Shown: positions 17,870-27,183 of the stretch, in pieces
Layout of the letters: each line of letters begins with the position of its first letter
Position numbering within the stretch: the first letter of the stretch is position 1
Assembly (NCBI GenBank): GCA_028275505.1
Contig: JAPWUP010000002.1
Location: forward strand, 9,965 to 73,964
Direction of reading: 5' to 3'
Length of the DNA: 64,000 nucleotides
Origin: Bryobacteraceae bacterium
GTDB taxonomy: Bacteria; Acidobacteriota; Terriglobia; Bryobacterales; Bryobacteraceae
Notes under the pieces: generated by a model
Seen by the model: only the letters and a program-made list of their open reading frames with translations
Database searches by the model: none
What the model was told of the DNA's origin: nothing
Made by a program: the position numbers and the translations under genes

Positions 17870-19549
17870 TTGCCCCACCATATAGTCGTGGACCGCGAAA
17901 AGGTCATCGCGGACTTGGATCAGGGACGCATCCTGCTCCGCGCGCCGTTCTCCTATCTGCTCGTGTGCCAGCGGATTCCGGGCGCCTGTTGGGAAGCCGC
18001 GCGTAAGGCCTGGACCTACCCGGCCACGCGCCTACATGCCGCAACCATCGCTTCCTCGATCCCCCACCTGCAGAGCACAGAGCGATTTGCCGCCCTGCTG
18101 GCGCCGCGCGGCAGGGCGGCGAGCGAGCGAAGGCTCGAGCCCACAGGGGCGCCGAAGCCACCTCTCGCGCTCCCTGCGGGCCTGAAAACGAAGCCCTGGC
18201 GGCACCAGATCGCGGCCTACCACTTTGCCATGGAGCGATTCAGTCAGGGTTCGCCGGGCGTGCTGCTGGCATGCGAAATGGGCACGGGCAAAAGCCTGAT
18301 GGCCTGCATGATCTTGCTCGCCCTCCGCGCCATGCGCGTGCTCATTGCCTGTCCCTTGCGCGTCATCCGGGTGTGGGTTGAGCAGCTTGAGCATCACCTC
18401 GGTGTGCCCTTGGTCACCGTAGCGCTGGATGAGGACGTTGGCAGCGTGACCGACAAGCAGCGCCTGGCCGAGGAAAAGTTGCGGCTGGCCGAAACCAAAG
18501 CCCTCCCTTTTGTGGCCGTCATCAACTACGACTCGGCCTGGCGGGAGCCGTTCGCGAGCTGGGCCGAACGGCAAGCCTGGGACTTGGTCGTGGCCGACGA
18601 GTCTCACAAGCTGAAGCGTCCCGGCGGCAAGGCCTCGCTGTACTTCAAGCGGCTGCGCCACCGGGCGCGCCACCGCCTCGCTCTCACGGGCACGCCCCTG
18701 CCGCACTCGCCGCTGGATGTCTACGCCCAGTTCCGCTTCCTCGACCCCTCCCTCTTCGGCCCCTCCTTCCACGCCTTCAAGCAGACCTACGCCGTCCTGG
18801 GCGGCTTCCACAACAAGCAGGTCACCGCCTACCAAAACCTCGACCAGCTGGAGAGGCTCATCCGGCGCGTGACCTTCCGCGTCGCCAAAGACGTGCTCGA
18901 GCTGCCGCCCGAGGTGTCCGTGACCTACCATTGCGAGCTTTCCCCAGAAGCACGCCGGGTCTACCGCGACCTGGAAGAAGACCTCATGGCCGAGGTGCGT
19001 GAGGGTCGCGTCACGGCCGCCAACGCCATGGTGAAACTGCTCCGCCTCCAGCAACTCACGGGTGGCTGGGTCAAAACCGACGACGAGCGCTATCGGCGCC
19101 TGGATTGGGCCAAACAGCGGCTCCTCGAAGACACGCTGGAGGACATCGGAACCAAGGAGCCGGCGGTGGTCTTCTGCCGTTTCCACGCTGACCTGGATGC
19201 CGTCCAAGAGGCTTGCGCCTCGCTGGGCTCCACCTGTCGGGAACTCTCCGGCCGCCGGGATGAGCTCGAGTGCTGGCAGGCCGGCGAGGCTCAGGTGCTG
19301 GCGGTGCAGATCTCTAGCGGTGGCGTAGGGGTGGATTTGAGCCGCGCCCGCTACGCTCTCTATTACTCGCTCAGCTTCTCGCTAGGCGAGTACGATCAGG
19401 CGCGCTCGCGCGTGCACCGACCAGGCCAGACACGCCCGGTCGAGCACATCCACTTGGTCGCCAAAGGCACTGTGGACGAGCGCATCATGCGCGCGCTCGA
19501 GCGCCGCGCCGAAGTCATTCAGGCGATCCTCGCCGAAATCAAGGGGTAA
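17870..19549 (+). CDS. SNF2-family DEAD/H helicase
   Basis: LLACEMGTGKSL, VVADESHKLK, LTGTPL, and the C-terminal helicase motif QARSRVHRPGQTRPV. Confidence 0.85.
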   Translation: MPHHIVVDREKVIADLDQGRILLRAPFSYLLVCQRIPGACWEAARKAWTYPATRLHAATIASSIPHLQSTERFAALLAPRGRAASERRLEPTGAPKPPLALPAGLKTKPWRHQIAAYHFAMERFSQGSPGVLLACEMGTGKSLMACMILLALRAMRVLIACPLRVIRVWVEQLEHHLGVPLVTVALDEDVGSVTDKQRLAEEKLRLAETKALPFVAVINYDSAWREPFASWAERQAWDLVVADESHKLKRPGGKASLYFKRLRHRARHRLALTGTPLPHSPLDVYAQFRFLDPSLFGPSFHAFKQTYAVLGGFHNKQVTAYQNLDQLERLIRRVTFRVAKDVLELPPEVSVTYHCELSPEARRVYRDLEEDLMAEVREGRVTAANAMVKLLRLQQLTGGWVKTDDERYRRLDWAKQRLLEDTLEDIGTKEPAVVFCRFHADLDAVQEACASLGSTCRELSGRRDELECWQAGEAQVLAVQISSGGVGVDLSRARYALYYSLSFSLGEYDQARSRVHRPGQTRPVEHIHLVAKGTVDERIMRALERRAEVIQAILAEIKG

Positions 19550-19554
19550 CTGCC

Positions 19555-19998
19555 ATGAACATGGAACAACTCAAAGAATTCGTCGCGCTGGAAAAGCGCA
19601 AGCGCGATCTGGATGCGGAACTCAAAGCCGTGGCCGCACGGCTCGACGATCTCGAGCAGGCCTTGGTGCCGCAGTTTGTCACCGACGGGGTCGTCTCCAT
19701 GAAACTGGGTGGCTACACCGTTTACCTGGCCCAAGACGTCTACGCCAGCCCGCTGAACGGCCGCAGCCAGGTCATCGCGGCCTTGAAGGCCAGCGAGCTG
19801 GCCCAGTACGTCTCGGAAAACTACAACACGCAGTCGCTCAAGGCCTTCGTGCGCGAGCTGGCCGAAGAGGTCCGCTTGCGTTGCCAACAGCAGCAGCGGC
19901 TGTTCACCGAGGAGGAGGTGCGCGCCGCACTGCCTGCGCCTCTGGGCAACAGCTTGAAGATTTCCTTTGTCCATTCCCTTCGCACCAGAAAGGCATAA
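19555..19998 (+). CDS. Hypothetical phage replication/recombination-module protein (N-terminal coiled coil)
   Basis: ORF tightly packed after the helicase. No motif recognised. Confidence 0.45.
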   Translation: MNMEQLKEFVALEKRKRDLDAELKAVAARLDDLEQALVPQFVTDGVVSMKLGGYTVYLAQDVYASPLNGRSQVIAALKASELAQYVSENYNTQSLKAFVRELAEEVRLRCQQQQRLFTEEEVRAALPAPLGNSLKISFVHSLRTRKA

Positions 19999-20000
19999 CC

Positions 20001-20741
20001 ATGACGCAACCACTGGCACAACCCGATTCCCAGGCCGTGATCCTGGCCCTGCACACGGACCTGGACACCATCAACACCGCCCTCAGCACCAACATCGGTG
20101 CCGGCGGGCTGTCGGAGTTCGATCTGCCCCGCATCAAAATGCCGGCCGGGGGCGGACTGCAGTGGGCCGTGCCCGCGCTGGAAGGCGAGAGCATGGAGCC
20201 TGTGATCGAGGGCGTCATCGTGCTGGCGCGCGACACCCGCGCCTACTACGCCCAGCCTATCTCGGAAAGCGGCGGTGGCCAGCCGCCCGATTGCTGGTCG
20301 GGCGATGGCAGCAGCGGGCGCGGCCATCCGGGCGGCGCCTGCCTGGCCTGCCCACTGGCCCGCTGGGAGAGCGTGCCCGGCGGACGCGCTCAGGCCTGCA
20401 AGCAGATCAAGCAGCTTTTTGTTCTGCGCGGCAACCTGCTTTTGCCTGAGGTCATCAGCTTGCCGCCCACCAGCCTGAAGGCCGCCAAACAATACTTGCT
20501 CAAGCTCACCGCACAAGCCGTGCCCTACTACGCGGTCGTCACGCGCTTGGGCCTGGAACGCACCAAGAACGCCCAAGGCATCGCTTACAGCCGCGCCACC
20601 TTCGCCTTCGTGCGTCGGCTCAGCGAAGCGGAACGAGAGCGAGCCCGCCAGTACCACGAGATGCTCAAACCCCTGGTCGAGCGCATGCCAGTCGAGCTGG
20701 AAGCCGACGCCCAGCGACCCGAGGAAGCGGTTCCCTTTTAG
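20001..20741 (+). CDS. Hypothetical phage replication/recombination-module protein
   Basis: ATG 20001, 2 nt after the upstream stop. CWSGDG...CLACPLARW Cys cluster. Confidence 0.45.
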   Translation: MTQPLAQPDSQAVILALHTDLDTINTALSTNIGAGGLSEFDLPRIKMPAGGGLQWAVPALEGESMEPVIEGVIVLARDTRAYYAQPISESGGGQPPDCWSGDGSSGRGHPGGACLACPLARWESVPGGRAQACKQIKQLFVLRGNLLLPEVISLPPTSLKAAKQYLLKLTAQAVPYYAVVTRLGLERTKNAQGIAYSRATFAFVRRLSEAERERARQYHEMLKPLVERMPVELEADAQRPEEAVPF

Positions 20742-20750
20742 GAGCTCGCC

Positions 20751-21080
20751 ATGAAGGTTCCATCCCGCGAATCTGCCATCCTGCGGGCCATCCTGCAGGC
20801 CCTGCGCCGCCTTCCCGGCTTGGTGGTGCGCAAGCGGCACGGGAGCGCGGCAAGCTACGCCGGCGACGCTGACTTGTACGGCTGCTACCGAGGCCGCCAC
20901 TTTGAAATCGAGATCAAGCGCCCGGGCTGCACCGCCACGCCCCTGCAACAGCACAGGCTCAAGCAGTGGGCGCGCGCTGGCGCCCTGACCGGCCTAGTCC
21001 ACAGCGCGCAAGAAGCGCTCCAGCTCCTTGATGAGGACGGGAAGAGCCAGCATGAGCTACCGGTACACGACCGAGCATGA
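20751..21080 (+). CDS. VRR-NUC domain nuclease
   Basis: GDADLYGCYRGRHFEIEIKRPG..TPLQQHRLKQWARAGA is the D..ExK plus Q..w pattern of VRR-NUC. Confidence 0.7.
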   Translation: MKVPSRESAILRAILQALRRLPGLVVRKRHGSAASYAGDADLYGCYRGRHFEIEIKRPGCTATPLQQHRLKQWARAGALTGLVHSAQEALQLLDEDGKSQHELPVHDRA

Positions 21081-21246
21081 GATTGCCTGGATTTGCGAGC
21101 TCGCCAGGCGCGACCCCCAGGGCGCGGCAAGCTATTGCCGCATGATCCTGCGCATGCCCCGGCGATGGGACCAGGGCGTGGAGGTGGAAAGGCTGCAGGA
21201 GTTCTGCCGCCAGTACCTGAAGCGTGCTGGAAAGGAGGAGCCGTGA
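21052..21246 (+). CDS. Small hypothetical phage protein
   Basis: ORF only. It overlaps both neighbours by a few codons. Confidence 0.3.
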   Translation: MSYRYTTEHEIAWICELARRDPQGAASYCRMILRMPRRWDQGVEVERLQEFCRQYLKRAGKEEP

Positions 21247-22295
21247 AACGGGGCACCCCGGAGCACCCTAAGACCAAGGCGCTGGCCAGGCGCTTGGGGG
21301 TTCCCTGGCCGATGGCCGTGGGAACCCTGGAGCTGCTCTGGCATTTCACCGCCCGCTATGCGCCAGCGGGCGATATCGGGCGATTCCCGGATGAGGCAAT
21401 CGCAGCCGCTGTCGGCTGGCCCGAGAACCGCGATCCAGCCGAGCTGGTGCGCGCCCTGTGCGACTGCGGATGGCTCGATCCCCACCCAGAGCACAGGCTC
21501 ATGATCCACGACTGGCCAGATCACTGCGAAGACGCCGTACACGTGTTCCTGGCTCGCAGAGGCCTCACGTTCGCCTGCGGCAAGCCGCCTAAAACCAGCA
21601 AGTTGAGTAAGTCCGAACGGCGCGCGCACAACGTGCCCACTGAATGCGCACCCCGTACGCACCCCGGCTGCACCAGCCATAGCCATAGCCGTAGCCATAG
21701 CCGTAGCCGTAGCCGTAAGCCGGAGCCGATGCCGGCGCCATTGCCAGAGCCAGAGCCACAGCCAAAGCCGGAGCCGGCGCCAGAGCCAGGGCCGGTGCCG
21801 CAGCCGCTGCCCGCGCCGTTGCCAGAGCCGGCGCCGGTGCCGTTGCGACCGCCGCAGCAAACCACACCAGCTACGCGATCCCATGGCTCGGCCGGCTCGG
21901 CTTTGTGTGTGCAGAATCAGCAAAACGGCCCGCCTGCCCGCTGGCTGCAAGCCCTCGAGCAGGCAATCAGCCGGGCTGTGGGACGCCAACCACGGCCAGG
22001 CGCTGCACTCAAACTGGCCAGGCAGGCCGCCAGCATGGGCGTTCATCCCCGCTACCTTCTGGGCTGGATCCAACACCGGGCTAGAGCCTCGCCCCCGCGC
22101 AGCGACGGGCTGTTCCTCAAGGCCATTGCCGATCTCCCGGATTGGGTGCGCCGCAATCACGCCTACGACTCAAGCTGGGGCCTGCGCGAATCGGTCGTTT
22201 GCCCAAAATGCGGCGAGGCGATCTACGCGTTCCGGGATGTGATCGTGCCCTGCCCATGCGCCACCGAGAAGGGAGACTCGGATGATTCCAGCTGA
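21243..22295 (+). CDS. Phage replication-associated protein with low-complexity (SH/SR)n-(PE/PA/PL)n linker and C-terminal Zn ribbon
   Basis: GTG 21243 (GTGA overlap). N-domain LELLWHFTARYAPAGDIGRFPDEAIAAAVGW. C-terminal CPKCGE...CPC. Confidence 0.5.
   Translation: MKRGTPEHPKTKALARRLGVPWPMAVGTLELLWHFTARYAPAGDIGRFPDEAIAAAVGWPENRDPAELVRALCDCGWLDPHPEHRLMIHDWPDHCEDAVHVFLARRGLTFACGKPPKTSKLSKSERRAHNVPTECAPRTHPGCTSHSHSRSHSRSRSRKPEPMPAPLPEPEPQPKPEPAPEPGPVPQPLPAPLPEPAPVPLRPPQQTTPATRSHGSAGSALCVQNQQNGPPARWLQALEQAISRAVGRQPRPGAALKLARQAASMGVHPRYLLGWIQHRARASPPRSDGLFLKAIADLPDWVRRNHAYDSSWGLRESVVCPKCGEAIYAFRDVIVPCPCATEKGDSDDSS
21675..21848. repeat. 29 consecutive hexanucleotide units NNGCCR, starting with (AGCCRT)7
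   Basis: agccat agccat agccgt agccat agccgt agccgt agccgt aagccg gagccg atgccg ... gtgccg ttgcga. All six frames are open across it. Confidence 0.8.
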
Positions 22296-23055
22296 GAGCC
22301 CACTCATGCGCGGGGATTCCCTGGAAGCCCGACGCCCGAATGGGGGACCCGAAATGCTAACCCCGCACCAAGCCGCGCAAGCCGCAATCCGCGCCGTGAT
22401 GGCGGTGAACGGACCCGGGAGTCCGCGACCGACGGAGCGCCGCCGCAGCAAGGAGGTGGTCTCCCTCCGCCATGCTGCGATCTGGGTGGCGGCACAGTTG
22501 GCGCCCCACGCCAGCCTGCCCGAGTTGGCCAAGGCCTTCGGCGGCCTGCATCATACCAGCGTGCTCTACGCGCTGCGGCGGATCGGGAGCCGAGCGAACC
22601 TGGCTGCCTCCGCGCTGGCCGCCAGTGCCCTCCAGCTGGCGCGCCATACAGGCGAGCTGGCGCGGGCGGAACAGGGTGTCCCAGAACAGGGGTCGTCCAG
22701 CCGCGCCCTCGAGGCCGCTCTGCGGGCGCTCCTACACGCCTGTAGGCAAGTCGAAATCTGCGCGGCAGAACTGTTGCCGGACTATGATCCGCAACCAGAA
22801 GGCACGCCGACCGCGCCCCGGCAGCCAGAAGCGCCAGGGCATGGCAATCCGTCCGGCTCGCAGCCAGAACCGACTGCGCACGCGCCATGGAAGGCACCCG
22901 CCACCATCGTCGCGGCAGACGAGCCAATCCGCTGCCGGGAACGCGGCTGCGTGATGCCCGCCGCGCGGCATGGGTACTGCCGGCAGCATTGGGCCATGCG
23001 CAAAGACCCGACACCCTTCCTGCGCCGCGAACCGCTACCGCCAGCTCGGCGATGA
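22282..23055 (+). CDS. DnaA domain-IV-like HTH protein
   Basis: LRHAAIWVAAQLAPHASLPELAKAFGGLHHTSVLYALRRI resembles the DnaA C-terminal DNA-binding domain. C-terminal CRERGC...HGYCRQHW. Confidence 0.55.
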   Translation: MIPAESPLMRGDSLEARRPNGGPEMLTPHQAAQAAIRAVMAVNGPGSPRPTERRRSKEVVSLRHAAIWVAAQLAPHASLPELAKAFGGLHHTSVLYALRRIGSRANLAASALAASALQLARHTGELARAEQGVPEQGSSSRALEAALRALLHACRQVEICAAELLPDYDPQPEGTPTAPRQPEAPGHGNPSGSQPEPTAHAPWKAPATIVAADEPIRCRERGCVMPAARHGYCRQHWAMRKDPTPFLRREPLPPARR

Positions 23056-23499
23056 GGCACAGGACCAAGCCATGCGTGCCATGGAGTATCAGCAACGAAA
23101 TCGTCGCCCCAAGCAAAATTCCTGTTCAACCAAGCAAGAGAGCCTATGAAGCGAAGGGAAATGCCGATTAAATCACGCAATTTTCATAGGCCTGCTCGAA
23201 ATAATCGGCACAGGCACGCTCGTTATTCACAGATTTTCCGCTAAAACTGGCGTGGAAATAAAGCGAATCACGGAGACCGAGAAGAATCGCGAGCCTCAAA
23301 ACCGGCGACGAGCCGTTCCACCAGGCGCGCTCCCTCGCTCGTCAAGCCTGGAACGCCACCCACCTGGAGACCTTCCGCGTCGCGCTCCTGCGCGCGCCCG
23401 ATTTGACCATGGCCGCTGGCCTCATCAGCACCGTTTGCCCTCCGCCACCCGTTGTGGTTTCCTGTCAGTAGGCAACGAGCTCGGAAAGAGAAGACGACG

Positions 23500-24492
23500 A
23501 TGACTGCGCTAGTCGCCCAGCAGCTGTTCCCCCTCACCTCACCCGCTCCGGGTCGCGCCAAGCTAGAGGCCGCCTTCGCCCAGTTCCTCCGCCTGGACGT
23601 GGCCTCCGGCGACGCCTCGCCCCAAACCATCCGCAGCTACCAAGCCGAGGTGGCGGCTTGGGTGCGCTGGTGTGAAATCAACAGCGTCGATCCGGCTACC
23701 GCGACCGTCGCCCACATCAAGCTGTTTCGCGCCGAGCTGGTCGAGCGTGGCTACCAGCCCGTCACCATCGGCTGGAAACTCACCATCGTGCGACGCTTCT
23801 ACGAAGCCGCCCGCAGCGCCGGCCTGCGCCCCGATAACCCCGTGGCCGGCATCCGCCCACCCCGTAGCCACAAGGCAGCCGAGGACTTCAAGTACTTGAC
23901 CAGCCAACAGCTCACACGCCTGCTGGCTACCGTGCCCAATCCCGATGAGGCCACCGGCGTCGAGCAAATCAAGCGCTTGCGCGATCGGCTCATGCTCTCC
24001 CTGATGGCGTTGCACGGACTGCGCACCATCGAGCTGCACCGCGCCAGCCTCGAGGATCTGACCGAGCGCGACGGCTACACCGCTCTGCTGGTGCGCGGCA
24101 AAACCCGCGAGCGCCTGGTCTACCTGCGCGCCGACACCGCCCAAACGCTCGCCCGCTACCTCGAGCTGCGCGGCGACATACCTCGGGACGGGGTCGGCAC
24201 ACCCCTGTTGGTGGCTTTGGACCGTGGCTTTCAAGGACACCGCCTTAGCCGCCGGCACATCCGCACCACCGCCGACCGCTACCTGCACGCCGCCGGCCTG
24301 AAGCGCCAGGGCCTGTCCTGCCACGCCTTGCGTCATACCGCCGCTACCCTGGGTTACCTGCACACCGGCGACTTGCGCGCCGTGCAGGAACTGCTCGGCC
24401 ACGCCGACCCGCGCACCACCGCCCGCTACGCACACGTGGTGGATGCCGCCCGCCGCAACCCAGCCCTGTTCATCCCGGTCAGTGAGCCATGA
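23500..24492 (+). CDS. int: Tyrosine recombinase / phage integrase
   Basis: N-terminal SAM-like domain (SPQTIRSYQAEVAAWVRWC). Catalytic LRTIELHR, HALRHTAAT, LLGHADPRTTARYAHV. Confidence 0.9.
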   Translation: MTALVAQQLFPLTSPAPGRAKLEAAFAQFLRLDVASGDASPQTIRSYQAEVAAWVRWCEINSVDPATATVAHIKLFRAELVERGYQPVTIGWKLTIVRRFYEAARSAGLRPDNPVAGIRPPRSHKAAEDFKYLTSQQLTRLLATVPNPDEATGVEQIKRLRDRLMLSLMALHGLRTIELHRASLEDLTERDGYTALLVRGKTRERLVYLRADTAQTLARYLELRGDIPRDGVGTPLLVALDRGFQGHRLSRRHIRTTADRYLHAAGLKRQGLSCHALRHTAATLGYLHTGDLRAVQELLGHADPRTTARYAHVVDAARRNPALFIPVSEP

Positions 24493-24604
24493 GTCCAAAC
24501 ACACCTCCGCCCCCCTGGGTCACAGTAAGGAAGGGAAGGCTCGGGGCGAGCCGCGCCGCTTACTTACCACGCGGCCGCATGTGGGAAACTAAGAGGGGAG
24601 CTTG

Positions 24605-24958
24605 ATGCGGAAACCACACGCAGCGGCATTCCGGCCGCCTTCAGCCGATGATCCCGTGCTGGCCGAGGTCGTGCGGCGCCTGGTCGAGGTGTATCATCCC
24701 CTGCGCATCTACCTGTTCGGCTCTGTGGCGCGCGGCGACGCCGGCCCAGACAGCGACTACGACATCCTGGTGGTGGTGCCCGACGGGGCGCCTCCGGAGC
24801 TGCAGGATAGCAAGTTGGGCTACCGAGCCCTTCAGGGTCTGCGGATCGCGAAAGACCTTCTGGTGTGGAAACAGAGCGACTTCGAAGGCCGGCTCCACTT
24901 GAAGGCCTCACTGCCCTCCACCGTGGTGCGGGAAGGCAAGCTATTGTATGCCGGCTGA
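24605..24958 (+). CDS. MNT-type nucleotidyltransferase (antitoxin of HEPN/MNT pair)
   Basis: LFGSVARGDAGPDSDYDILVV is the GS..RG..D.D motif. Confidence 0.75.
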   Translation: MRKPHAAAFRPPSADDPVLAEVVRRLVEVYHPLRIYLFGSVARGDAGPDSDYDILVVVPDGAPPELQDSKLGYRALQGLRIAKDLLVWKQSDFEGRLHLKASLPSTVVREGKLLYAG

Positions 24959-25361
24959 GGCCTTCCGGAACGAAGACACCAAGGCTTGGCTGCTCAAGGC
25001 CAGCCAAGATCTCCGGCGCGTCTCACTCTTGCTGGCTCTGACCCCACCCGACATTGAGGACGCACTCTTCCACGCCCAACAAGCTGTGGAGAAAGCCTTC
25101 AAGGCTTTGCTGACTTGGCACGATGTCCCTTTCCAGCGGGTTCACGATCTGGACGCCCTCGGCAGCCAGTGTGTTGACTTGGATGCGAGCCTGCGTGAAA
25201 TAGCCGCACGGGCAGAAGGTCTGAGTGCCTACGCCGTTCGCTTCCGCTATCCCGGCGCCCCTTACCAGCCTAGCCTCGAGGAAGCGCGCGCCGCCGAGGC
25301 AATCGCCCGCGAGGTCTTCGAAGCCATCCTGGCCCGCCTGCCCGAGGAAGTGCGGCCTTAA
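24948..25361 (+). CDS. HEPN domain protein (toxin of HEPN/MNT pair)
   Basis: 11-nt overlap with the MNT gene. FHAQQAVEKAFKALL ... AVRFRYPG are HEPN features. Confidence 0.7.
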   Translation: MPAEAFRNEDTKAWLLKASQDLRRVSLLLALTPPDIEDALFHAQQAVEKAFKALLTWHDVPFQRVHDLDALGSQCVDLDASLREIAARAEGLSAYAVRFRYPGAPYQPSLEEARAAEAIAREVFEAILARLPEEVRP

Positions 25362-25427
25362 GTCTCACGCCTTGGGCGCGCACACCTCCGGCCCTGTGAG
25401 TTCCACGCTCAGGAAAGCCGTTGGCGC

Positions 25428-25802
25428 TCAGAGAAGGCTCAGGCAGGCGCGCAGCGGTACACCCAACAGAGCACCGCAGCCAACACCTACCCCGTTAGCG
25501 ACAATGTCCCGCAGCTCCACCGCGCGCCCCGCCACGAAGTGCTGCAGCCCTTCCAGCACCAGCCCCAGCCCGAACATCGCGAGCCCCACGGTCAGCCCGC
25601 AGCGCCTCTCCCGAAACCCCATCACCGGCAAGGCCGCCAGCGCCAGGTAAGCAGCAAAGTGCAGCGCTTTGTCACTCACGGGAAGCTGGCTCACCGCCAC
25701 AACAAGTGGGGAGCTGGCGGGCAGTAGCGAGCCCACCACTACGCAGCCCATCAGGAGACCCCAGATGACCAGTACAGCGAGACGTTTGGTCGACTCAACC
25801 AC
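25428..25802 (-). CDS. VanZ-family membrane protein
   Basis: 4 hydrophobic helices. The DKALHFAAYLALA motif is typical of VanZ-like proteins. Confidence 0.6.
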   Translation of the reverse strand: MVESTKRLAVLVIWGLLMGCVVVGSLLPASSPLVVAVSQLPVSDKALHFAAYLALAALPVMGFRERRCGLTVGLAMFGLGLVLEGLQHFVAGRAVELRDIVANGVGVGCGALLGVPLRACLSLL

Positions 25803-26150
25803 GCTGCCTTCCTCACCTCACCTGTGTGCGCGGTCCAGCGCTCGTTTCACACATTAGGGGTTCGTGCACTTGTTCCGGGAGGGGGTTACCGAAACGCTCA
25901 CGACGGCCCCAGCACTGCACAAGAAACAGGGTTGTTGGTGCGCCCCATGAAGGCAGTCCAGCTATGCTCGGAAGGGATGAGCTTCATCCAGCTCATGCCC
26001 AGAGTGCTTGGTGCTGCTGCCCTGCGACGGACAGCACAGCCCCTCCTGTCGTCTCCTCTAGCACCCGCCCACTTCCTGTTCGCCGCCTGCTGACTATCGG
26101 TCCACGAGGTCAGGCAGCCGAAGGTCCGGCGAGCGGATGCCGAACTGGAC

Positions 26151-26843
26151 TTAGCGCAAGGTCCCGTAATAGCCGAGGGCGGGGTTGACTGGGCTTTTGT
26201 AAAGCAAGCCGTGCACCCCTGCCATGGGGTCGTTGTAGACCTCTTGAACGATGGCGAAGCTCCCCCAAACCTGTTTGCCCATTGGCTTGCCATTGAGGTA
26301 CACGGTAAGCTCGCGAGTGTCGGGCCATTCCGGCGGCCCAATGGTGGCGGACGTGGGAATGGCGACAATCTTCACGAAGTAAGTCCAGTGAGCGCCGTCC
26401 GCCATGTCCGACTGGTGATTCGTCAGCCATGCCCCCGAACCCTCATAGGACGAGAAGCCGTGATGCCGGTCCAGCAAGCCATCGCCATCACAATCCTTGT
26501 TGCTCAACCAGGCATCGTTCCACTTCATGTTCAGCGTGATGGACCGATACGGCCAGTACCACTTCTGGGCTGCCTCGGGGTGTGCGGCCAGATAACTCGT
26601 ATCGTCACCCTCGTAAGGCGGCAACCCATCTCGCCCGAGGTAGGCATTGGCGTAGGACCCCACGAACAAATGGGCCTCATAGTTGTATCCAAAAATATCG
26701 AAACCCGGCTTGAGCGGCTGACCTGCCAGGTAATGACCCTCGGGGTAACGGAGTATCCCTTGGCGAATGGTGGTGCATACTTGGGCCTCAAGCACGCTGC
26801 CGAACCCTGCTAACAGCGTCAACCAAACGGTACCTCGACTCAT
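26151..26843 (-). CDS. Secreted hypothetical protein
   Basis: ATG 26843. Signal-like MSRGTVWLTLLAGFGSVLEAQ. Trp/Tyr-rich. No family recognised. Confidence 0.45.
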   Translation of the reverse strand: MSRGTVWLTLLAGFGSVLEAQVCTTIRQGILRYPEGHYLAGQPLKPGFDIFGYNYEAHLFVGSYANAYLGRDGLPPYEGDDTSYLAAHPEAAQKWYWPYRSITLNMKWNDAWLSNKDCDGDGLLDRHHGFSSYEGSGAWLTNHQSDMADGAHWTYFVKIVAIPTSATIGPPEWPDTRELTVYLNGKPMGKQVWGSFAIVQEVYNDPMAGVHGLLYKSPVNPALGYYGTLR

Positions 26844-27142
26844 TGCTGAACCTCCTTCATACATCCGCTCATGAACGATGCGGGCACCTCAACGTCATTC
26901 TGGAACGGGCGGCCAACGAGAAGATGGCCGCCCGCGCCCCAACGTCCTGTAATCCGATCGGCGATGTGTGCAAAATACTTGAGATCTGCGGAGAGCTGAA
27001 ACCCGAAGTCGCTCCGAGGGACGGGGTGGCCCGTGGGACCCCAGCGCACCGGATCAGCACTGCGGAAGAAGATCCACGAAGTAGAGAGCTCGTTCGCCTT
27101 GGGTGCAATCGTCGTAGCCGCACCCGAGGGCACTATGTTCAC
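26840..27142 (-). CDS. Hypothetical protein, translationally coupled to 26151-26843
   Basis: ORF with an ATGA stop/start overlap to the downstream gene. No motif recognised. Confidence 0.3.
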   Translation of the reverse strand: MNIVPSGAATTIAPKANELSTSWIFFRSADPVRWGPTGHPVPRSDFGFQLSADLKYFAHIADRITGRWGAGGHLLVGRPFQNDVEVPASFMSGCMKEVQQ

Positions 27143-27183
27143 CCTCCTCGGCGATTTGAAGCAGACCCCGCGGGTTCACTCTG

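Larger units (their letters stand above)
1..24560. mobile_element. Integrated lambda-like siphovirus prophage, partial (left end outside window; right end inferred just past the integrase)
   Basis: Contiguous phage structural, regulatory, replication and integrase genes. Integrase 3' end at 24492 is followed by non-phage genes. No att repeat could be identified because the other end is not in the window. Confidence 0.8.

Noticed and set aside
18032-20954. Long minus-strand ORFs (18032-19207, 19821-20954) antisense to the SNF2 helicase and downstream genes.
   Set aside because: They are GC-driven open frames. The plus-strand genes carry clear helicase and VRR-NUC motifs and are tightly packed.
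21521-21867. Minus-strand Gly-rich ORFs (GSGNGAGSG..., GYGYGYGYGYG).
   Set aside because: They exist only because the hexamer-periodic tract is open in all six frames. They lie inside a plus-strand gene whose flanks are non-repetitive coding sequence.
24493-24604. Search for the prophage att site or a tRNA target next to the integrase.
   Set aside because: There is no tRNA-like structure. The partner end is outside the window, so no direct repeat can be verified, and the boundary is left as inferred.
24564-25007. 147-aa minus-strand ORF across the MNT/HEPN pair.
   Set aside because: It is Arg/Pro/Ala-rich with no motif, and it is overlapped by two plus-strand genes with clear family signatures.
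25803-26150. A 350-nt gap with short plus-strand ORFs (25824-26093, 25826-26188) and a 7-bp stem near 25975-26000, considered as a small gene or ncRNA.
   Set aside because: The ORFs are low-complexity and lack an RBS. The stem is too short to support an RNA call from sequence alone.
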